From NCBI GenBank assembly GCA_903813345.2, contig CAIIXF020000001.1, forward strand, positions 11,780,001 to 11,844,000: a stretch of 64,000 nucleotides of DNA. Reading direction: 5' to 3'. A program made the translations under genes and the position numbers. Source of the DNA: Owenia fusiformis (Eukaryota). Below are positions 1 to 11,163 of this stretch, piece after piece. The notes beneath the pieces are model-generated. The model searched no databases and was not told the DNA's origin. It was given only the letters and a program-made list of their open reading frames with translations. Positions within the stretch are counted from its first letter, which is position 1. The number at the start of each line of letters is the position of its first letter.

Positions 1-194
1 GACCACCAAATGCCTAAAAACATCCACAAAAAAAGTTGGAGACTATAACAATATGTCACCACTTGTGATGGTGACATGATAATAATGTATGGTCTCAGTA
101 TATATAATTGAAAATGTAAGTTTATGGGGAGGTATACAATCTTACGAGTACATCTCTAGAAGGATGACTTTAACCTTTACAATTATGTACTTAC

Positions 195-266
195 ATGGTC
201 AGAAGGGAATGCTCTGCTTTCAAGTAGCACTTTGTGTCGTTTAGCAGTGGGACGATAAAATGAGAC
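195..266 (-). CDS. KYNU: KYNU coding exon 5 (72 nt)
   Basis: [24 protein letters not shown] (conserved FPSD motif); acceptor ttttgtag, donor GTAAGT. Confidence 0.96.
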
Positions 267-3200
267 CTACAAAAGAGGTAACAATGAGTCTGCTTTATCA
301 GGATAAAGGTGTAAGGAATATGATTTTGTCAATTAAAACATCAAATCAATGTTTCACATTCAGAAAATGATGGAAAGTTTGCTTGAAATGAAAGGGGTAC
401 ATGGACCAGGTAATAGGTAAAGTATGAACTATGCCTTAGCTCTCTCATTATAACTATCTAATGATTTTCTTATATAAGATCACCAGTTTGTGCACCAAAT
501 GTTGCAAGAAAATACATAGCTGTGGAACCTATAATATGCCAGGAATACTGAAGAAAGTGACAGCTTAGCAATTGGTACTTTGGTATTGTTTTAGGGGCAA
601 TGAAATAATTACTACTCACAAGTAGAAGATGAAGATTTACAGTTAAGCCATTCATGATTGCAACCTCTTCTCTTTTTGCACCTAATATAGGAACATAAAA
701 TTAATTCTAAAATCAACACATGTAGATATAATATTATGAATACATGAATGAATGTACTACATTTAAGATAGTATAAACTATTAGTGAGAAAACACTTTAT
801 AGAGCTGTTATACTTTGACTCTGTGTGGGCTCATCATTTGCCTCCGTGTGAATAATTTGGGGCAAACGGTGGGGCACAGCATGGGATACATGTTGGGCAA
901 AACAAGTACTTTTACAGCAAAATATCATCCATCACACCAAATACAAAGATTAATTGAAAGTGTCTCCTTGAGCAGAGATATTAGCCTATAAATTTGGACT
1001 AAATATCTATAATTTGGTCTACAAATGGTATTGAAGTTATCAAAACTATAAGGCTTTAGCGCTTCTTTATCTCCCTTGAAGTTCATTCTTTGGGATAATC
1101 AAATCAAATCTTTTGACGGGGATTTAATTTGGATTTTTTGATTTTTTGAGTCTGTATGCAGGAATATGTATGTTTTGATGGTCCGAAATGGTAGAACAAG
1201 ATATTGACATCATGTACGAAAAATTTCATCAACATCTGATCACTAATTAAAAAGTTATGACTGTTTGAAAATAATTGGTCAAAATTAGTCAATTTTCAGG
1301 AAATTAATTATAGTACCGATTCTAGCAATGTCGCAAATTTGCTAATTTATGGTCAAAAGAGTTAAAAAATGAATGCCCAAAATTAGCCACATCATGGCAA
1401 ATGGTGAGCCCACATGGCCATGACAGGTTCTTCTACAGGTTTGAAATATTTTTTAAGAGATAAAACAAGATAAAAACAAAGGGTTAAAAGGGACCAATGC
1501 AAAAGTTCAATGTACTAGAGCTAAACTATGTTTTAATAAAGTTTCCAACTTATCAACGACCTTCTCATATCCAACCCCCCCCCCCCCCCACAAGGAATAT
1601 CCCATTGTCAGATTGCTGTAATTAGGGTTACTTTATATTCTTCTATTTTAGGTATTTCTACCAAATCAGAATCAGATCTATTGGGGGTGACAAAATTACA
1701 ACCAACACGTATAACTTTCCAACATTTTCCTTACATCTCAAATACAATATCTGACAAACGGTCCAAAACATTTTATCAGTTGGTGAAGTTATTTAAGTTT
1801 AAAAATGCAAAAATTAGAGAAAATGTTCAACAAATAATAAATATAAAAAAACGAATGAATTATTATAAAATCCTCAAATAAAGTATTCGCCTTGGGTATT
1901 TTTAGAAAATAAACATGACAAGGAATGATATGAGCAACTAACATTCTAAAATCAAAACATTTTTTGTATGGTTGCTTGATCTGATCTGATACTACCTTTA
2001 ACTATTTGAGACAATAAGCCCCCCTCCAAACTAGCAAATATACATAATGTAGTTAATTATCCGACATCAATCTTTTGCATTGAGTCCCATGAAGCATCAC
2101 ATCATTGATGTCAAAGTTATTTATTACTTTAGGAATTTCAAACAATACAGAAAAAAAACAGTAATACAACTTCCTGAAAGCAAAAGTGACTAAAAGCGTT
2201 CTCACAATTATGTTAACATCAGAAAGACAAAGCAATTTTAGTAGTCCGAACAGAAATATGCATTTAGGTCAACAATGATGCTTCTGTTTGGGCTTCTGTT
2301 TGGGCTACTATGATGGTAGATCACGCCTAACCAACGACAACGTACAGTGACAAAATATACCGTCATACACTTTAGATGTACAGTGTCACTATTAACTGAT
2401 TTGAAGCAAAGACAATGATGTAGGTTTGATGTAGGTTTAAAAAAATTATCTAAGGAATACATAAAGGATTTCATGTTTGATTTTGTTTTATCGAACATGA
2501 CTTTTTAAAATCCTGTTTATGATATATCTGGAAAGTGCTCAATAGTTTCAATAGTTCAATCAGATTGAAATAATACTGTAATTGTTCAGTTGAATTTCAA
2601 ATAGATCTGACCCCCCCGCCTGTAAGTGTTAAGAAAAATATGTTGCCTGCATTAGGGTTAACTGTGAATTGAGTAAGTTCAATGCGACAACGTACATTCG
2701 AGTTGACAACATGCACTTATGATTTTTTAAATTATAGCCAAAACATTAATACTTAATATAATAATAATAAATCTTCGACAGACCTTAATTGTTTAAAGAA
2801 ACATATTCTCATAAAAATATTTGACACTCTGAGACGTCAGGGGAGGAAATGATCAAAGGAAATGAGTAATAAAACAATATTTTCCAATCGACCAATTTTA
2901 TGGGTAGATTGACCACGAAAAAAATCGACCACTGTTCGAAAGTCTTTTAACGTTATTAGCAAGTTAAATGTCTTCCTAAACGAATACACATGAAATCAAA
3001 CATGAAATCCTTAATGTATTCCTCAGATAATTTTTATTAGAGGTGGGATAACCAGAGGATATATAGGGGTTATGCACTGGGAGGTTTTGGATACAGGGAA
3101 TATCCCGAGGGATGTACAATATATTTTCCCGAGGGACCAAAGGGACCGAGGGAAGATGTATTGTATATCCCAAGGGACATTCCATGTATCCAAACCGACC

Positions 3201-6200
3201 GTGCATAACTGGTGTATCTCATACTTGAGTGGGTTTAGGGTAGATATAACCTTTTCCACCTTTTTCAAATGACAAGATATTTATATTTAACATTTTCGTA
3301 ATATTCTTTTTGTTCAATACAATGAAACTGTAACACTTAAACTTTAAAAATTTTAATTTTAAAATTAAAAAATTAAAACTTTTTATATTTAAACTTTTTT
3401 AAACTTTTGAAAAATTCCCGGGAGCGGGATGGATATATTATATCTGCCCGCATTTGGCCTGGAGCGGGACATATACAATATATCCTGCCCGCTCCTCAGA
3501 TACGATATATTCCCAGGTGATATCTACCCCAAACCCACTCAAGTATGAGATACACAGTGGTATCACACATTTCAAGCAATCATCTAATCCACAACCATCT
3601 CAGTTTAAATAACAGAACAGTGCATGTGTTATATGCTGATGGGTGAATGGATGAAAACAGTTAGAATACAATCCTAAAACTAAATACTGGGTACAAACTT
3701 GACTGCGTTATCATTCATAAATATATATATAAAAATATCAGAGCATTATTATTACTTCAGAGGTTCCAATATACCATTAGAAAGGAACCAATGTCTCTTT
3801 ATGGATCTGATGGGTTTACCCTTCAAGAGTTTTTCACCATTCTGAACACATTTTACATGATTTGGGCCATTTTTGGACCAAAATTGTCACAAGTGTACCC
3901 TCCTGGAATTTTTCAAAAAGTGAACCCTCCCTTGGCAAATCCTGGCTACGGGCCTGAACATGTATCTCAACCTTGTGATATTAATTATAAATTATGAATA
4001 ATTGCTACCCTGTCAACCCTCACGCATTAGGCGCGATTGTCACGCATTTGCTGGAAAAATAGAAATCACGCATCAATTTAGCATGTATGATCAAATATCA
4101 CGCAAATCACGCATTTTGTTGATCTCTTTAAAAACTGTTTTTAAAAATCGCTTTTTGTGAAATGCCGACACGGTAAAATACCGAACGGCGAAAAAAAGCA
4201 AACGCATTCCGTTCGGTCTTTGTACGCGATTGCCATTTATGTCACGCATTTGGTACAAAATATGTGTATATATCACGCATTTGTTACGAAAATATTTACA
4301 CCTACTCCCCCCCCCGTTAACGGATTTGAACAGCGAGCGTGAGTGAGCTGGAAAAATCTTAGGTGTCCAAAATCCTACCAGTGTTCACTGAAGCTGTCCA
4401 AAGTTTGAAGGAAGGTGTGTTCAACATTTAGAAGTCACTGAGCCATAATTGCAAATATTTTAGGTAGGTGTAAATATTTTCGAAACAAATGTGTGATATA
4501 TACACATATTTTGTTCCAAATGCGTGACATAAACGGCAATCGCATGCAAAGACCGTTTTTTCGCCGTTTGGTTTTTTACCATGTCGGCATTTCACAACAA
4601 ACGATGCGTGACAATCACGCCTAATGCGTGAGGGTTGACAGGGCAGTAATCGGCGCCCATGTCCTTATTAGCGCCCCTCCCAGACTTTTGGAGACCCGAG
4701 GGTGAGAGAATCAACGATCATTTGGGTCAAACGTAAGAAATCCAGTGGGTGATAATAGAATACTTGCTGGTTTTAGTTACTTTTTGCAGTTTTTCAAAAG
4801 GTATTGCAGCTTAAATATATGTCACTCTTTTCACCATAAGATGTATATAATGTTTGTAATTCAAGTCCATATCCATTATGACGACTACCGCTGATTTTTC
4901 CTGTAATCTAGCCATCTCGTTTCGGTATGTGTTGAAAATAGTCAGTCCCGATATGCAATCCAAAACGAGGCTGAGAAGAAATTCAGTAGGTTTATATCAT
5001 TTTCTTATCGACTTGTTGATTAAAATACTGATGTACAATAATAAGTACATGTTTTATATTCCATTGGTGAAGCAAAAAGAGTAGTATAGGTAAGAACCAC
5101 ACAGTTCATGCAAACATGGAATCTCACGAACAAACATTTTTTTAATTTTTTTTCTAAACTGAAATTACCTGGTAACTAATATGGTATCTTTTCACATTTT
5201 TATTTTTTATTCTGCTAGCTGTTTTATGTTATTCTTCTCTCCAGAGCTAGTAATCAAGCCAAAATGTGATACAAGGATGCTGGATGCCAGCAATTATGGT
5301 CAAAGGGTCCAAATCTTTGTTTCTTGGTTATTTTCTTTATGTACCTCAAAACATGTCAAAGAATGGGATATAAAAAGCATCATTCTTTTGACATTCATTC
5401 AACTATATATACATACTAGTTTCAAACATAATTATACAACAGCATAAATGTTGGATGATACATCAAGTTTGGACCCAGTATTATTTTAAGAATTTAAAGC
5501 ATTTCGATTGGTGTTGTATTCTCTTACCCACAACCTTTGCTGACAGTTCATCAACGCATTCATCAGCGAATGCCCAAGGCATTTCCCCTTTAAAATGACC
5601 ATGTAGGCCGCTAGAATGTGCAAGTTTCATGACATAAATAAATAAGCATGCAAAATACCTATATTATAAGTTATTGAATGATTCTAAGTGCAATACAATA
5701 TATATTCTGCTCGAGAAATACCATATTGGAACGAGACGAAGTTGAGTGCCAATACAGAATATCGAGACAGAATATATCCTGTATCACACTTCAAATCATT
5801 CAATAACGTTTTTATCATGTGATCCTCTGTATTGTTACTGAGATTGTTCCCTCCGTACCAATATTTTCTGTATTGCGACGGAGATGATCAATGGGGACAA
5901 TCTCAGTAGCAATACAGATTGGAAGAGCACAAGAACTGACCAATCAGAAGGCTTCATTTTACAGATCATACGATAAAAAGTTATACATGGCAGGTACAAT
6001 GCAAAGATGGCTAGGCGCAATGTAAAATATGGCTGTTAAATAAGAGTCTTAGTTACAAAACAACAAGTAGGAGGGCAAGGCCCCGGGGGTTTCACTCTTA
6101 TATACCTCTTCATACCTATGTGCTGTGCCAAAGACCCCCTTTTTGAGCAATTTTTCCATGTCAATTTCCACTCAATATTGAAAGGGACTAAATTTCCTCA

Positions 6201-9200
6201 ATATGGGTATATTGACTACAAAATCCAGTTCTCCGGTGATTTGCCCCACACCTCACCAACTGATTTAATCAATCTATTACAATTTCTTGTAGAAAAACTG
6301 ATTTTTTACTTAAAAAGGATTCTCTCTTCCACAATTTTTCCATGTTTTTTCCTCTCAGATTGACCAGGTTCCATGGTTTATGCCTTAAGCCAATATTGCC
6401 CATGCTGCACATGACTACAAAACTTAGTTAGAGTGAACCCCCAGGGGCAAGGCAATAACATGCAAAATGTCACAACCTACCATTTGTTCCATATATCAAA
6501 CACTAATGAACACCATCCACAAAAAAATGGAGGCTATAACAGTATGTCAAAAAAAATTAATGATTTATCTTGGAACACAAAGGTGTAATATTTGGCCACA
6601 AGAAAGTTGTTAGCTGCTTAGACTAGCTGGGTGCGCTTAAATATATGTTGCTGCAATGAACCAATATTATTACTAATCTAGGTATATACCCTATGGATTT
6701 TTATTTCCAGTTACTTTGATAAAACCATTAATCAAAGGATTTAAGCATAGGACTCTTGTTTTGACTCCTGATTTTGATGAACGAGTTATTATATATATAT
6801 GTGAGAATCTTTGAATGATTGAGAGACTGCCAGGCCAGTTTATAAGGCTAGGCCTATCATACAAAAAAATTGATTTATATAAATTCTTTAAACACAGTAA
6901 TATTCTTGAAAATGAATTAAAAGTCTACCTAAATATTTTGCTAGCTTTTTACAATATTGACATTTGACTTGCATAAGCATCTGTATTGGCTTTTCATCGT
7001 CAGACTATTTATATCAATTATAATTGTTTTCCCTTATTACAGTTTTCTTCTATTAACCATGTATCTATGAGAAAAAATAGCTTTACTGTATGATTGGCCA
7101 GCGAGTGACATAAAATGTCTATCTATATTAGTGAAGGTTAAAAGAACACTGAAAGCAATTATAAATCATGCATTAAACAATATATCTGAACGCATTTCAA
7201 CTGACCGATTCATGTGATTACTTTAAGCACCCTCCATCCTGACGTGAAAATCTAAGAAGCATTAAAATTGTGCTAACTGCTCTATTATCTTAAACCAAAA
7301 TACTGGGTGTCCACAATATAATTTATACCACAACACTTTTCTTCCCAAGGTCTTACCTACAAGATTGGCCATAGATTGTTCACATAATTCATCACATTCT
7401 TCCCAGGGCAAATCACCAACATACCGTCCAAATGTCCCCCTACATCACAGTGCACAAGATTTATCAATATGAGGTGACCTTGAGATCTTGGGGAGTTAGT
7501 TTTCTTACCCTATCTAAATCAAATAATGATTTCCAGCAACAACTAAACACTGTATGATTTCTTTTTTGACAATGCCAACAAACAGAATACCAAAACTACT
7601 GCCCAAACAAAAGACAAATTATCTCCCCCCCCCCACCCTTATCCCTTATTCAGTCCGAGAACAACCCTGAGCACATAGTGACAAAGGATATCCCAGAACA
7701 GCTTTTCTGCTAAGATTAGACACCCTCTAAATGTAATGACTTGCTCTAACTATCAATCAATGTTATCAATTTTTTTCAGGAAGATTCGTAAAATTCCATT
7801 TTGTATTGTTTAAAAACATCGACTTGTAAAAGGAAATGGCTAGTATTTTAAAATAGAAAAAAGTACATCTTGAACTTGAAAATCTGTTTGATCCAACTTT
7901 GAAATATTGACCTGACCTTTATGCACTATTCAAAGATTTGAATGTGATCCCTCAGCTGACATGGGTGGGGAATTTGATAAAAAAAACTTGTCAGATTTCT
8001 TACCATGGGGCCAAATTTTAATGAATCAATTTCCCAACCCTGGGAGCAATAAATCTTGTCAAATATTCCCCATCATTGGGCTCTGACCCCGAACTATTCA
8101 TTCAGAAATACTAATAAGGGTGTAATACATTGGCATATTGAATGAGTGATTGCAGAGTTGTTCTGATATAAGTTATTAAAACTAAGGATAGGCATGTTTA
8201 GTGAGCGAGTTTGATATAGCAATGGAAGAAAAACACATTTTTCGCAAATTCTTGAATTTGAAATAAGGGTGAAACCAAGCTAGAAAAGCCAAAAAGACAA
8301 AACACTTTTTTATTATGTATGGTATCATTCTAGAATTCTCTTCCCTTTTTACAAATTATTCTCAGCAATAAAAAACAATATGTCACCATCCCACCTAGTT
8401 GCTCAAATCTGAATTTAAACTTAGATTTGTAACCTATAGATGCTTTTGAAAAATAAATTGGTCAATTTAAAGCATGTTGAAAAAATACCTTTTGACCTTT
8501 TTTGACCTTGAGAAGGCCATTGAAGGTCAAATCTCAAATCCCAAATCTGAAGTCAGATTGAACTTCTGAGAACTTGTAGATGATTTTTAAAAAAGGTTTG
8601 GTCAATATGAACCAAGTTGAAAAAAACATTTTTGATCTTTTTTGACCTTGAGAAGGTCATTGAAGGTCAAATCTCAAATCAAAAGTCAGATTTGAACTTC
8701 TGAGAACTTGCAGATGATTTAAAAAAATTGAAGTCAGTCTAAACAGTATTTATTAAGTTATTGGAAGTTGTAAGAATTTGTTACAGATGCCAACCACCAA
8801 CCGCAAACCACCAACCAAAACCCGTCGTCACAAAAAAAGGAGACCATAACAATATGTCACAACTTTTTGGTGGTGACATAAAAATAAGAATAAAGGTTGT
8901 TTAATGTTGTCACGCATATTTAATTCAGTATTTTTCAATGTTACTAACTACTTCTCAATAGAATAAAATTTTTAAACTTAGGCATTATTCCTACAACAGG
9001 AGAAAAAGATTTTATATAAATCTGGCAACTAACTGTAGTTGAAATCTAAATTATGAGGTGTGTATGTGTAAAAACTAAACGTGCATGTATTATTTAGTGT
9101 GTTATCCTTACATTTTGCCCCATTTGTCCAGCTCTCTGTTGACACATTGTTTGGCTTCCTTGGGCTGCAGTCCTAGTGAATTGCCACAGAGATACACACA

Positions 9201-9890
9201 TTCATCATCTCCCCTAATGAGACTTGGATCAACTGGGAAAGAAAATTGAAAAACATAAATATGTAAGTGTCAAGGGAGGAAAGACCATAAAGTATAATAC
9301 AAAAGTTCCATGATATGATTACTATCTGTAAATGTAGTATTATGTATTTTCACTATTGAATAATATAAACCCATATGAATAGCAATACAAACTTACTATA
9401 AAGGTTTTATTTTTAAAATTTCACCTCCTTCCCTACCAAGATTCAGCCCATTACATTTATATTACTAATTTGCATGGCCTAATTCCTTCCTTCTGGGATT
9501 GATTTTCAACCTGATCAGTTTGAAGCGCTCTACTCCAGAGATATTGTTTTTCAAAATCTATCTATCTTAATAATATCTTTTTAAACTAAATACATATAGG
9601 GCCAGGGGTTTCACAAGTAAACATAAGCTTATTATCATATAATCATACAATTACTTACAGCTAGGCAAATCCTCATTTAGAGGATAGATGAACTTGTTAC
9701 GGAAATGTTGCAATGGGTCATCATCATCCATTCTTTTGGCAAATTCTAAGCCAGTGAAGGATAATCCTAACTCATTTGCCCGTGCTTTTAATTTTGTTGA
9801 TGGCAATGTGGAAGTGGCATCATATTTTTGAACTTTGGCAGGTGATGCTTCAATGTCATCACTTAAACTTCTTTTTTCTACAGCAGCCAT
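195..9890 (-). CDS. KYNU: Kynureninase (PLP-dependent L-kynurenine hydrolase), 5' part; gene continues beyond the left edge. Coding exons 9890-9659, 9232-9112, [7439-7357 or 5610-5528], 681-620, 266-195
   Basis: Spliced translation gives ...DPLQHFRNKF...YLCGNSLGLQPK...ELDKWGK-IGLHGHFKGEMPW...[46 protein letters not shown], colinear with eukaryotic kynureninase. All junctions are GT-AG and phase-compatible. Confidence 0.97.
620..681 (-). CDS. KYNU: KYNU coding exon 4 (62 nt)
   Basis: (G)[20 protein letters not shown]; acceptor ttag, donor GTGAGT. Confidence 0.96.
3213..3555. mobile_element. Small palindromic non-autonomous element
   Basis: tgtatctcatacttgagtgggtttagggtagatat at about 3213 is the inverted copy of atatctaccccaaacccactcaagtatgagataca at about 3520-3555. 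Confidence 0.6.
4001..4650. mobile_element. MITE / foldback non-autonomous DNA transposon
   Basis: About 45-bp near-perfect TIRs (ccctgtcaaccctcacgcattaggcg...), plus inner inverted arms at about 4150-4290 and 4475-4600. Confidence 0.8.
5528..5610 (-). CDS. KYNU: KYNU alternative coding exon 3b (83 nt, canonical His variant)
   Basis: (I)GLHGHFKGEMPWAFADECVDELSAKVV(G); acceptor ttctag, donor G|GTAAGA; aligns to human [29 protein letters not shown]. Confidence 0.93.
7357..7439 (-). CDS. KYNU: KYNU alternative coding exon 3a (83 nt, Arg variant)
   Basis: (M)GTFGRYVGDLPWEECDELCEQSMANLV(G); AG acceptor, G|GTAAGA donor, CTAAC branch-like motif about 55 nt upstream; same length and phase (2 to 1) as exon 3b; no stops. 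Confidence 0.85.
8368..8885 (+). mobile_element. Helentron-associated (HINE/pearl-like) non-autonomous element with two internal units of about 133 bp
   Basis: tgtcacca subterminal motif, duplicated ttgaccttgagaagg.cattgaaggtcaaatctcaaatc unit, and 3' stem-loop atatgtcacaactttttggtggtgacata. The same end occurs at 41-80, about 6450-6550 and 30727-30965. Confidence 0.6.
9112..9232 (-). CDS. KYNU: KYNU coding exon 2 (121 nt)
   Basis: (F)DPSLIRGDDECVYLCGNSLGLQPKEAKQCVNRELDKWGK; acceptor ttcccag, donor AT|GTAAGG. Confidence 0.96.
9659..9890 (-). CDS. KYNU: KYNU coding exon 1 (ATG at 9890; acceptor AG at 9940-9939 implies an upstream non-coding exon)
   Basis: ORF MAAVEKR...FAKRMDDDDPLQHFRNKFIYPLNEDLPS; donor T|GTAAGT, phase 1. 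Confidence 0.93.
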
Positions 9891-10184
9891 TCTACTTGAC
9901 TTTTCTAATTTTCAAACCGCTTAGCTGTTATTCTCCTCCTAAATAATAATAATAAAAATATATTGAATTTTATTGTCATACAATACTTGTACACCGTACA
10001 GTCAATGGACTTAATACAGGCCTGTCAACTGTCCCGCAATTTGCATATTTGTCACATATTAGCTGAAGAACGCCAGTTTTTTGCGTAACATAATACTTGT
10101 ATGTCACAAATATGCCTTTTATCTGTTTCATCTGTTTTCATAAAAACTGCGTATATGTCACGTATTTGCTTCAAATCTTTTTGT

Positions 10185-11163
10185 CACTACAGAGATTCTC
10201 TGGAGTCTAATGTCTTAAAACCCTCTAGCTCCAGAGTCTAATAGCTTTTCCGGAGTCTAAAGTGTTTTTCCCCGAGTCTAATTTAACATTTTTTCACAAT
10301 ATTTGTGGTAAAACTCTTGAGAAAATACATAAAACTGGATAAAAACAAGGAATAAGAAGTCAGAAACCTTTTAGAAATAAATATTGGATTAAAATAGCAA
10401 GATAATCTTAAGTATGTTAAAAAGTATACTAATAGGATATTAATATCTGATCTCACATGGGGGATAAGTAGTCGTGATACCGCGAAAAAAGTAGTCACAA
10501 TACCGCGAAAAATCCGGGGTCTAAAAATTTCCTGGTGAGAACCCTGACACTTGAATAAAATAAACAAAACACAATTAGAAATAATGTATACCGATAGATT
10601 TTACTCTTCATTTGTTCCATTAATTCATCCACATTACTCAAGAAAATACACAGTTTTAAATTTGCGATTTTACATTCAGGCAAATAAAGGCGAAATCACT
10701 GTGCTTGCAAATTTAGCATGTTTTACAGTATTTAGCAGTTTCACAGACTTTTGGTCGGTTCTCTATTAGATCCTATTAGGAGTGGCTTCAGTGTTGACAT
10801 TTGCCGACAATTATTTGTCGGTCCTCTAGCGTGTCCACACGGCGAAGTCTCTCCTATTGACAATTGTCGGTACTCTAGCCTTTACGAATGAAATAATGTA
10901 GTCATGGGCACTAAGAGATATGAAATTATTTTGCATTCACAAATAAATTTTTTAGAGCACAAGGACCGAAAATAGTGGAAAATCACTCTGATTTTATCTT
11001 CATGTATTTTCTTAAGAGTTTTACTGCAAATAATGTGACAAAAATGTAAAATTAGACTCAATTAGAAACACACTTTAGACTCCAGAAAAGCTATTAGACT
11101 TTGGAACAAGAGGGTTTTAAGACATTAGACTCAGGAGAATCTCCGGATTCTAAAAGCCTAGTA
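10185..11163. mobile_element. Non-autonomous TIR element, possibly CACTA/EnSpm-like
   Basis: About 100-bp inverted ends built of repeated GGAGTCTAA / TTAGACTCC motifs; begins cacta and ends near ctagta. Confidence 0.6.

Noticed and set aside
1104-5447. Numerous 60-90 aa ORFs in KYNU introns and elsewhere in the window
   Set aside because: AT-rich, low-complexity translations inside introns or MITEs, without splice support or motifs.
7503-7560. Strong minus-strand donor (GG|GTAAGA) as a third alternative KYNU exon
   Set aside because: Upstream sequence has no similarity to exons 3a/3b, contains a stop in the frame examined, and lacks a credible acceptor.
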